Assembly (NCBI RefSeq): GCF_018977255.1
Contig: NW_024704742.1
Span: 87,668,001 to 87,732,000, forward strand
Length of the DNA stretch: 64,000 bases
From: Callorhinchus milii
Taxonomy: Eukaryota
Direction of reading: 5' to 3'
Shown here in pieces: positions 39,601-51,600 of the stretch. The notes under the pieces were generated by a model. It saw only the letters and a list, made by a program, of their open reading frames with translations. It was not told the origin of the DNA and did no database searches. Both the position numbers and the translations under genes were made by a program. Position 1 is the stretch's first letter. Each line of letters opens with the position of its first letter.

Positions 39601-42600
39601 TAGGACTCAAACAAAGCAAGTGCGGTCCCACTGAGGTGGATGTTGGAGGACAGGCGATGGGGAAGGATGGCATGATTGACTGTGTCGAACGCAGCGGAGA
39701 GGTCCAGTGACTTTCACGAGCGCTGTCTCTGTATTGTGGGCAGGGCGGAAACCAGACTGGAGGGGTTCGAGTAGGGTGCAGAGGGAGAGGTGTGCAAGAA
39801 GTTGGTTGCAACAATGCATTCCAGAGCTTTGGCAAGGAAGGACAGGTTTGAGATAGGGGAGTAGTGGCTGAGGTTGGAGGAATCGAGGGTAGGTTTTTTA
39901 AGGAGGGGGTTGATGACTGCAGTTTTGAGGGGAAGTGGGACTGATCCAGAGGAGAGAGACTGATTAATAGTGTCTGCCAGCAGTGGGCAGAGGAGGGGGA
40001 GCTGAGTGATCAGCTGCAGGCTGGGGAAAGGGTTGAGGCAGCAGGTGGTGAGAGAGATGGAATGGAGGTGGTGATAGGTGACACAAGGCAGAAGGAAGGA
40101 GCTGCCAGGCGGATGTTGTCAATTTTAGAGGTAAGGAAGTACATGACCTCTTCGCACTTGCCATTAGATGTGATTATTGAGGGGGCCATGGAGGAGGTGG
40201 TGGGAAGTGGAGAATAGGATTTGGGAGTTATTGTTGTCCTCCAGTATAATGGTTGAGTCTTGCGCCGTTTTTGCTTGCGGTAGTTGTGAAGATGTTCAAG
40301 CCACAGCTGGTGATGACCCATGAGGCTTGTTTTCTGCCACCCGCATTCGAGCAGCCGGGTCTTGGATTTTAGGGAGCGGAGATGGCTGTTGTACTGGGGG
40401 AACGGGTGGCTTTGGAGACGGTCCTGGATTTCAGGGGGACAAGGGAGGTGGAGGATGGGTGATCATGGAGCAGCTTGACGGCTGCTTCAGGGTCGCTGTA
40501 GGTGGATAGGAGGTCTGAGGATGAGGGCCTTTGTGAGAGTCTGTGGGAGGAGGGAAGCCTTTTCCATGGGTGGAAAAGTATGGTTGACGGCTTGATGAAG
40601 GAAAGGGGGATGAGAGAGGAGATGAGGAAGTGGTCTGAGATGGCTTTGTCCGTGATGCACAGGTCAGAAATGTCGAGGCCATGTGTGATGACGAGGTCGA
40701 GGAGGTGGCCACAGTTGTGGGTCGACGAGCTGATGTGGAGGGTAAGGTTTAGGGAGGAGAGGAAGGCAGTGAAGCCTGAGGATGTTGTACAAGGGGAGTT
40801 TAGGTGGAGGTTGAAGTCACCCTAATATGAGCAGGCATTCTGAACAGAGGAACAGGGAGGAGAGGAGAGCGGAAATATCAGCAAGAAAGGAGCCAGAGGT
40901 TTTGGGGGGCGATAAACCAGAAGAATTTTGAGTGAGAAAGGAGGGATGGTAGAGGATGAGATGCTCAAATGAAGAGAAGCAGCCAGAGGAATAAGGGGAT
41001 AGACTGAGGGAAGCTTGGTAGATGAGGACCACCCCACTGCCACGTTGGTTAGGTGGGGGATGTGGTGAAAAATGTGGCCAGGAGGGGAAGCTTCAACTAG
41101 GTCACTGGGGGAGAGACAGGTTTCTGTAAGCCCAAGAATATCCATGTGCTCATCCAGGATGAGGTCATCGATAGTGAGGGCTTTATTGGAGAGGGAGCAG
41201 ACATTTTGCAGGGAAATGCAGATTGGTTTGCTGGTGCAGGGTGATGGAGGAGGGAGTGGCATGGAAAGGATTTGGGGTCATGGGGGAGAAATGACTGGAG
41301 TTTGAGGAGCAGGGAGAGTTGGAGACAGTATGGATGAGGGAGGGGGAAGGGGTGTTTGTCTTTCAGAGACAATTGGCGCGGAGTGAGTAAGCGATGGGAC
41401 AGTTGGGGTGGCTGCTCTGAGGCAACCAACGCTGGGAGCCATGATGGGCCTGGCGGAGGATGCCCAGGCAGGAGCAGAGGGAGGTAATGGTGGGATCCAG
41501 GAGAGAGAAAAGACGGGGAGGGCGGTGGGAGAAAAGGACAGAGTGGGAGTAGCGGATAGAGGGAAGTAGAAGGAGGAGTATTACTAAACTAAGTTTAAAT
41601 ACCTATTAATTCCAAATCCTTTCTCTGAATTTCAGCTCCAAAAACGTGTCGCCCAGATCACTTCCGATGTAGTGATGGCAGCTGTTTCCCTCAAAACAAA
41701 AAATGCAACGGATTTCAAGATTGTGTTGATGGCAGTGATGAAGTTGATTGTGAAAATGGCAAGTATATAAATCCACAAGTTAACCTTGACTTATGAACTG
41801 TTAATTTTGAAGCTCTTAACTAGCTTGTTCTTTCTGCAGCTGTAGAGTGTACAGGGCCAACACTATTTGAGTGTGGGAGTGGCGAATGTATAGACTTTAA
41901 CCTAGTATGTAACCGTCGCCAGGATTGCAGGGACTGGAGTGATGAACCCCTCAAAACATGTAGTAAGTGGGGTTGGTCTTTCAAGCCCTTATTTGAAAAT
42001 ATTCAAGAACAGAGACGAGAGCAGCAATAATGGAACACAATTTTACTTTACTTCTGCAGATGTGAATGAATGTTTTGTGAGCAATGGTGGCTGCTCCCAC
42101 GTCTGCAGAGACCTGGTCATTGGTTATGAATGCGGGTGCCCTATTGGTTTTGAGTTGGTTGATGAAAGAAACTGTGACGGTAAGAGGACTTGATCTTGAT
42201 GAGGTTGGAATTAGCTTATTTTACAATGCTGAAGTTGTTTTTATTGATTGTTGCAGATATTGATGAATGTCTCAACCCTGGAACCTGTAGTCAAATTTGC
42301 ATCAACTCAAAAGGAAGCTATAAATGTGAATGCCAAGCAGGATTTCGCATGGATTCAGCTAATGAGACATGCAAGGCAGTAGGTAAGTGCATTTTGGAAG
42401 CAACGCTTAACTGTACACTTATCAGTGAATATTGCATTACTATTAAGATTGACCCTGATTCTCCCTCCACCCTAGCTCGGGTGTCCACAGTTGGCTGTGT
42501 AAAGAGTTTTGAAACATCTTTCTGATGTGAAGGGTGCTAAATGTAAATTGTATTGGAATAAGGATGTCTGTCCCTTCTATTTAACAACTGCAAATGATAT

Positions 42601-45600
42601 GTATAATACTTCTGTATTTTTTGCATTGTATGCAAACAGAATTTTATATTTGAGATTCATGATTAATCTTTGCCATTCACACCCTGAGACTGTATAAACA
42701 TTGGAATGAACTTGTAGTTTACATTCAGTATGTAAATTGTTCCTTTAAAGGAAAAGAGCCCACCTTGATCTTCACTAATCATCATGACATCAGGAAACTA
42801 GGTCTGCATCACAAAGAGTACACTCAGGTCGCTGTACACATGAGAAATGTTGTGGCGCTGGATGCTGATGTTGCAGCCCAAATGATCTTCTGGGCTGACC
42901 TAGGAGAGTGTGCAATTTTCAGGTATGAATCTGTTCAAGCTCAACATTACACTTAATGTGGAATTGGTCCTAATGTCTTCGGTAAGACCTTGTAACTACA
43001 CAAACGATAAGTCCTTCCTTGATTCCCGATGATTGCTTCATCCATTTAATGGAGAAATAATTATTTGAAGNAAAAAACCTTGAATTTGAAGTCCCAGGCC
43101 CATTACCCATGTATAACAAGTTTGGCTTGAATGAAGTTGTGCTTTTGATTCACTTACACTGAATATACCTACACATCTGAGTTACAACCATTGTCTTCTG
43201 TTGTACAGATTGTCCATGGCTAAATGGGAAGGAGTTTCCAAAATAATTGATGCCCAAATGCCTGTGGGAATTGCTGTGGACTGGATCTACAAGCACATCT
43301 ACTGGACTGATCGTAGCGCTAAAACAATATCTGTGGCTACCTTTGATGGAACCAAGATGACGATTCTTTTTGACACTGACCTAACGGAACCAGCTTCTGT
43401 AGCAGTTGATCCTCTATCGGGGTATTTTACCTTTGTGTAACTTAGTAAGAGAGGGCTGCTCTTGTAGCGTGCTGCATTCTGCTCTGCAATTCAAAAACTA
43501 CAATGTCTGGTGCTTAGTTCCAAGGCTGGAGGCAAGAGGATTCTTCCATCCTCCTAACTGATTCTTCGGAGCTGATGCTGTATTACAATGGATTCTAATT
43601 TTTTTTAAATATAGGAGAATTAGAATCTGGTAGTCATCTAAAGGCTCATTTTTTTCTAATTCATTGTATTAAATGTAATACATCAAGCTGCTTTGTAATG
43701 TTGGGGAATGTTAATGCATTCTCTTCACCTAAATTCTTCCAATTCAAGACTTCTTTTGTGCTTCTTGGCTTTAAAGGTTCATTTACTGGTCAGACTGCGG
43801 TGAACCAGCAAAGATTGAAAAATCGGGCATGAACGGTGTTGATCGTCAGCTTCTAGTTGCCAAAGAGATTCAGTGTCCAACTGGCATTGCATTAGGTAAG
43901 TAGGATAAAATACCACCTTCTAGCCTTCTAGGTTACTAAATCCTGGCTGGTAAATTCTACTTTGTCCACAGATCTTGTGAAAAGCCGCCTCTATTGGGTA
44001 GATTCAAAGCTGCATACTTTGTCAAGTGTGGACCTCAATGGACATGTTAGAAGAACCGTGATCCAGTCTAAAGATTCCCTTATTCATCCATATGCTGTTT
44101 CTGTGTTTGAGGTAAGATCAATCTTGTTTCTTCTGTACAATACTTTCTGTATTTTTAAATGCAACAGTTTAATAGAATCTAATGTTAATGTGAAATGGAA
44201 ACTCACTGGCAAGGGAAACTGATTGATACACTGTAACTTGCATTTAACTTTTAGGGTTTTTTAAACCTTTTTCTGGCTGAAATAAAGTTTGTAATCTGAC
44301 TGGTCCTTATTGGGCCACAGGAAATTAGTGCTGGATGTCAGCCAAATTTAGAACTTTGCCTGTTGCATTTAGTTCTGTTTAGTTGAACCATAGCCGAATT
44401 CAATAGTGTGGATACAATATTTGCTTGCAGTACAGAAAAGGGACATTTCACCTTTACCGTCTCAAATGCCATGTAGACCTTAGAGATTGAAATAGGATGT
44501 GTTCAAGTGATGTGATGTATTGAGGGGCCAACGTGTATCTCCTGCAACTGGGAACAGGTTTGATAGACTTGCTGTTGCAGTGAGCTTTGTTCTGCCTTTG
44601 CACAAGGAGAGGAAATTCATAAAAAATACCCATGTTACCCATGCACAAGTTTACAGCAGCCTAGACTGGTTTAAGGCCTTGAACAGTCTGGAGCTGTACA
44701 TATTGTAGGCGATTTAGAGAGCGCATCAGTGCTCAAAGGTTTCAGATGTAGTTGTTTAGATGCTTAACTCTCAATTCTCATTGGCAGTTTTCATACTACA
44801 GCATCCAGTGAAATCCATCTCAATCCATTCTTGTTTGCCAACTGCTGTGTCAAATATAATGTGTAATCTGGACATTAATGGTTCAACTCTTATGTTTTCT
44901 ATCAAAATATTTCTGTAACCCAACTATTTAGGACTAATTATTGTATAGACTGAAAAGAATTGACCAAAAAGCTTAACAAAAACAACGCAGTATAATTTTT
45001 TAGCTTAGTTTTGTGTACAAGATGGTCTCTTTTTGGTAACATTTTAAATATCTTCCGTTAATTACTGTAATCTAATTTTAATTTTATTTAAAAATTAATA
45101 GTAAGTATTTAAAGTCATGTCTTGAATCTGCATTTGTTCCAGGATCAAGTCTTTTGGACAGATGGGGAGAATGGAACCATATATGGAGCCAACAAATATA
45201 CAGGAGAAGATCTGGTGGCTTTAGCCTCTAACCTTAAGGAACCTCAGGATCTTATTGTTTATCATGAGCTAATACAACCAATTGGTAGGATCATTTTCTT
45301 TTGTTCCAAAAAGAAAAGACAATTTGTTATAATAAATAATAATGCTTGCATTTCATATAGCTCCTTATTACGTTGTTGAGATGTCTCAAAGTGTTTCACA
45401 GAATATATTGTAAAGTGAATTGACTATGTTGTGGGCGAAAGATTATGATTCAGGATTTCTTGGCCAGTATGGAAAATAGCCCAATAGATCTTCAATCTTC
45501 AAGATGTGTGCAGAAATTGGTCCCCTTTTGCACTGTTAATGCCATGTTAATGTCTAATTCATCAAGCATGTCGCAATGACTTGTTTTGAAACTTCAGGTA

Positions 45601-48600
45601 TCAGCATAGACTCATAGAATCGTACAGCACAAAAAGAGGCCATTCGGCCCATCGAGTCTGTGCCGGCTCTTTGAAAAGAGCAATGCAATTGAGAAGCTTG
45701 TTTTGTGTCAAGCAATTCCAGATAGATACCTGCTTGAAAGAGCCCAGTGATTAAAGGGCCTGTCTCTTTGGGGATTACAGATAGTCTGAGGTGAATTTTT
45801 TTGTGGGGTGGAAGGGGAGAAAATATGTCCTGGAAAGAGTTGTGATAGTCCTGTGAGGATTAAGGGAAAATTTCAAAGAGCAAGGATGAAAGCCTGCTTG
45901 CCCATCAATTGTCTGAGGTGACCTTACAGACAATAAAGCAAGCCTCTGTCTGCAGAACATTGGGGTAGATGGAGAGAGCCGGACTGCAGGAGATCAGAAA
46001 TAGGTCAAGGGCATATGTTGAGGAAGGGATAGAGCTGATGAGCATTGTATTCCACACGTCTGAATGTTGAGAATTTTCATGTTCACAGGCATAAACTGGT
46101 GCAATGAAAGTTTGAAGAATGGAGACTGTGAATATCTCTGTCTCCCTGCTCCTCAGATCAATGGTCACTCTCCAAAATATGCTTGTGCATGTCCATCTGG
46201 CATGCATCTGGAGGATGGACAGAGGTGTGGATTGGGTATGTTTCAACAAGGTGATTTAGGCTGGGATACGACTGCAAAGATAACTAACATTATTCATTCT
46301 GGTCTGGGGCCATTTGCTTATGTGGAGATCATCATGCCTGATGCTGACCTTGCAACATAGAAGTCATTGATATCCCCATTATTGCTATAGATGAGAGTAA
46401 TTAACAACTAAGACAGTTATCTAAGAAGGGTGGTTGAAGCCAGGGCACTAGACTTGTTTTTTTTAAAAAAAAAGTTCGATGCTGTAATGGGAAAATGGTA
46501 GGTGGGTCAACTGGAAGATGAGATGAAATGAGCCTGAGGGCCTTTTTCATCAGAATAAATTGTGATCCATGAACTCAGTACAAACTAGGGATCAATCACA
46601 TGTTGCATTTACTCAAGGCTAGGGGTGCCCTGAGCTGTTTGGTATAAGGAATTGTGTAGTAGAATGCTATTCAGAACGTGTGTTAAGGCAATGTAGCAAG
46701 TCAATCATCCAATAGCAATAACTGAATTTCTAATATAAATTCAATCACGTTTTCACAAGAATTTAATGTGAGGGAGTACTTAAATCAGTCTTCCTTTCAG
46801 ACATAAGAGCTTGTCCTATCAATAAGCTGAGCTGTGACCCTGAATCTGTACACTGCATTCCTGTTGCCTGGAAATGTGATGGAGAAAAGGACTGTGAAAA
46901 TGGAAGTGATGAGGAAAACTGTGGTATGTTTCGTTTTTGTTCATTCACAATGAATAGATCTTTCCCATCCAACTTAAACTTGAAAAAACTCAAACAATTA
47001 ACTGTGAGTAGGAATGGACAAAATTAGTGGGTGGGGGTTAAGTTAGGATGTGTTTTTAGTGAAAGCTACCGTAAGATTGTGTTTTGGCTACTGAAATGTT
47101 TTGCAAATGCCTTTTAGCTACAAAATAAAATGTCACCATAAGGTATAAAATTTCAAAATGTATTATTGTAGTGATTATTAAAGTGTTATAAAATTCTTCC
47201 ATTTGACATGGCATCTTTCACATTAGGACTCAAACACTACATAGGATTTACTGTAATGTGGTGACTTTGTACCATTGAACCATAAACTTTAAAGCACAGA
47301 AGGTTATTTGGCCCATCAAGTCTGTGCTGGCTCTTAAGATCAATTCTTTCCCCACATCCCTGTAGCTTACTACATATATAAAGTCTTGTATATAATCATC
47401 CTTTGTTTATTTTTTAGCCCAGCCAACTTGCAGTCCACTAGAATTCATGTGCTTCAGTGGTCGATGTGTTTCTAAGACCTTTGTGTGCAATGGGGAAGAT
47501 GACTGTGGTGATGGAAGTGATGAACAAGAATGTCGTACACCTATTTGTGGGTCACATGAGTTTCAGTGCAAGAATTCTGAGTGTATCCCACTGACCTGGG
47601 TGTGTGATGACAATGCTGACTGCACTGACCAGTCTGATGAATCTCTAGATAACTGTGGACATACCCTTCCTCCTGTCATGTGTTCCTTTAGTGAGACCCA
47701 GTGTGGTTCTGGTGAATGTGTCCACCACAAGTGGTACTGTGATGGAGATGCTGACTGTAAAGATGGGAGTGACGAAGTGAATTGTCGTAAGTTTAGCACA
47801 TTGATTCCCTTAATTGCACATGCAATGTACATTTTCCTAGCCAGACCAAGAGAAGCAATGCTGTATATAGCTAGAGAGGATAGGGAATTTATGCTAAAGA
47901 GAAGTAACTGGCTATTTTTGAAACTTGCACAAGTTATGATTTTCTAAAACTGCCCTGAACAAACTCTAAACTAAAAAGTGATGTGTTAATCTTAATCATA
48001 CGAATGATACATTTTTTAAATAAGTACTGACAATATGACTACCTTTATTCCAGCTCCTCGCACATGTAGACCCGATCAGTTCACATGTAGTGATGGCACT
48101 TGTATCCGTGAGGACTGGAGGTGCAATGAAATGTGGGATTGTGTTGATGGCAGTGATGAAGTTAACTGTACAAATGGTAAGTGTATGTATGGATGGCACT
48201 GTATTGGGTTTGACAGATATAAACTGCAATGAGATTATTGACGGCAGAGGAGGTCAACTGTGCTGAGCATGTCCATTGTCTTATCTTAATTTCAACTTGT
48301 CTTCTGTAGCTGCTGAGTGTCTTGGCCCATTTGACTTCAAGTGTCAAAATGGAGAATGCATAGCTGTTACCCAAGTGTGCAACCAACAGCTTGACTGTCA
48401 GGATTGGAGTGATGAACCTTTGTATTGTAGTAAGTGGCAAATCATGGACATGCAAGTTGAATGTTAGTTGTTTACTTGCTCTGGTAAAGGATAAAATGTG
48501 TTACCTCAGTTTCAAAACGTGGCCTGATGGCTTTACAAGCTTCATATTACAAAGCACAGAATTACTAGATTGAAAAGCAATGCTGGTCTCAAAATATAGC

Positions 48601-51600
48601 TGCCGATCCTATTGATATGGCTAGCTACACTTTATCGGATCCTTATTCTCGAGTGCATTGTGGTCTACAATCTTCCATTTGCCTCTTCTGATGTAACCTC
48701 ACAATATCCGAGTACTCTGGAACATAGTATAGCAAATGCTTCAGGTTTTACAAATTCACATTTTGCTACAGTAAATGTATTCCTGAGCAATTCCAATCTT
48801 GCTTATGCAATAGAAGGGTATAAGAATTTGCATATATAGTTAAACTGAATGAATACAAAAGTTGCTTGGAAGTTTTTGTATTCAGGTATATGAAGCAATG
48901 AGGATACTTAACTTAAATTATGTCCTGGGAAATAGATATTGAAATTCCTCTCTCTGCTCTACAGATCTGAATGAATGCTTGGTAGACAATGGTGGCTGCT
49001 CCCATGTATGTAGAGATCTCCCTATTGGCTCAGAATGTGATTGCCCATCTGGTTTCAAGCTGGTTGATGGGAAAACATGTGGAGGTGAGAAGGATGGCCT
49101 AATCTATAAAAATCATGACAATTCGATACTATTTTACAGAATGTGGCTTTTTCTTTCAGATGTTGATGAATGCCTGAGCCCTGGGACCTGCAGTCAAATT
49201 TGCATCAATTTAAAAGGAAGTTATAAATGTGATTGTCATGCAGGATATCTTCTGGATCCAGCTACTGGGCTTTGTAAAGCAGCAGGTAGGCCAGTCTTTG
49301 TTTGGACACGAGGGGTCATCGTCGTGAATGCTGGGTTGATCCCGTCTCAAATGTTCCACCTTCAAACCATTCCACCCTACCTGCTTCCTTTGAGCAGTGG
49401 TCACCAGCCTGCTTCATGTCCCCTGCCCCACTATTGGCAGTCGGACTGTGCCTCTGCTCAAATCCATCCTGGAGTCCCTCCATCTCCACCCTACCTCACC
49501 TTTTAAGGTCCATCTCAAGACCTCCTTCTTCTGGTGCCTTTGGTCCTCTTTCCACTCCTCAGCTCCCACCTCCAGATTGTATACTAATTTAGGACTGTCG
49601 AGCACCTTGGGCATCTTCCCGATACGAAAGGTACTGTATAAATTTGTATCTGTATTCTACGCAAAGTCCAGTTAGTGGAAGAGCCTACAACACTACTGTT
49701 ATATGAAAGGCGCTATACAAATGTAATATGTTGTTGTGTCGCAAAATGTTTTGTAACTCTTGTAATTTTTTTGTATTCTTATCCTGTGCTGCCAAAATAA
49801 TTCAGCATTTCAACATCTGCTTATGTGCATGTCAGGTCTTGGCAACTATGACTTTGCTTCTGAACCTTCAGATTATTAAAAATGTTGCGATACAACAACG
49901 AATTACATTTGTATAGCGCCTTTCATATAAGAGTAGTAACCTACATTGTGAAAAGATAAACAATAATATTGTAAAGTAGGCCTACGCATTCAATAGAGAT
50001 AGTCAATTAAATCGTAACTCTCTGGGTATCATAGTGTCAGTGAACAATCTTAGTTTTTTAAGTTATGGGTCATCTTGAACGCAAGGTATCGTTGTAAAGC
50101 TCGGAAGAACATACAGTTCATCACTGCCTAAACAAGGGTTGACAGTTGTGACAAAGTAAATAGTGATCATAAATTGAGATGTATCACGTGTAGTAGAATT
50201 GAGGCTGTACGTGGCAGTAATAGACCCAATAAATGACAAAATGAATAATCCCAAAATGCTGAAAACAATCACAGGACAGTTTGATTTAGCACAATGTGCG
50301 AAAATTAACTGCACAAAGCAGAATAGAATACCAGCTAGAAATATTTGGCATAAAACCTTATTGTACATAATATGAGCATGAACATTGTCGAAACAACCAA
50401 GAATCATTAAGCAGGAATTATATGATTGATGAAGTAAAATGACCCAAATTATGGCTTGATGCATATTCAACCGTACCAACGAAAAAAAACTGATCAAGCA
50501 GAGACCCCACAAAAAAAATAAGAAAAAAACAAGGTACAATGTGAAACAAGTTTCCAATGATTGCCCGTGTCATTCATGGTGAATGCAACGAGATGATCTG
50601 AAAAACACCTAATGAAGATAATAATGATGGTTAAAAACGTTTGTGATAGAAGGAATTATAATAATAATTCTTGCATTTGATATATTGCCTTATAACGTCT
50701 TTGAGACGTTTCAAAGCGGTTCACAAGATAAACTGTAAAGTGAATTGACTATATATTGTGGACAAAATTAAGAAGGAAGGAAAGTGAACCCTGACCAGGT
50801 TGACTCACAGAATGACCTTCACTGGTGTTGGGGGTGGCAGTGAGAGAGAGGGTAAGAATTGTTTAATTGTAAATACAGGAGCAACAAAAAGACAAATAAG
50901 AGCAGAAAAGGCATTGCTTTAATATGTTTTGTGTGAAACCCTGGAAATTCTATGATTTACCAGAAAGCAGACAGAATGGAAGACCAATTGTTTTTTCTCC
51001 CTGGTCATCATTTGATGGATAATATCGCGAGGTCATTTCTAAAAAGTTTTTGTATTCCGTAGAGTTCTGTATCACATGCCCTGATGCTGTGGTATGACTG
51101 AGTGCTGAGACGTAGCTCCCAGTGTGGATTGCTTGGTTCGTTGTATCCTGGTACAATAATAACAATGATAATCCTTGCATTTGATATAACGCTTTTCACG
51201 TCTTCTCGACATCTCAAAGCGCTTCACAGAATAGACTGTAAAGTGAATTAACCGTATATTTGTGGGCGAAACGCGGCAGCCAATTGCGCACAGCAGTGTC
51301 CCACAAACAGTCGTGGCTTGAAAATGACCAATTTATTATTGTTTTGTTTTTGGAGGGATTATTATTAGGCGTGTGGAGTAAGGAAACTTGCCCAAGGTTT
51401 TGCCCTGCCTGGAAATGGACCCTGGTGTCTCGCTTGCCAGGCGAGTGCTCTAACCACTGAGCTACAGGACTCCACGATAGAATAATGGTCCAGTGTTCAT
51501 GCATAAAGTTGGAAAGATGGTTATTATTCTTCCATATGTCTGTTTTGTCAAGCCCCTTTGTATAATCAAATCTGCTTGATTATCCCAATAGAAGTAACAT

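Noticed and set aside
39133-41580. Dense cluster of ORFs on both strands
   Set aside because: Fragments of a decayed L2 element with purine/pyrimidine strand bias.
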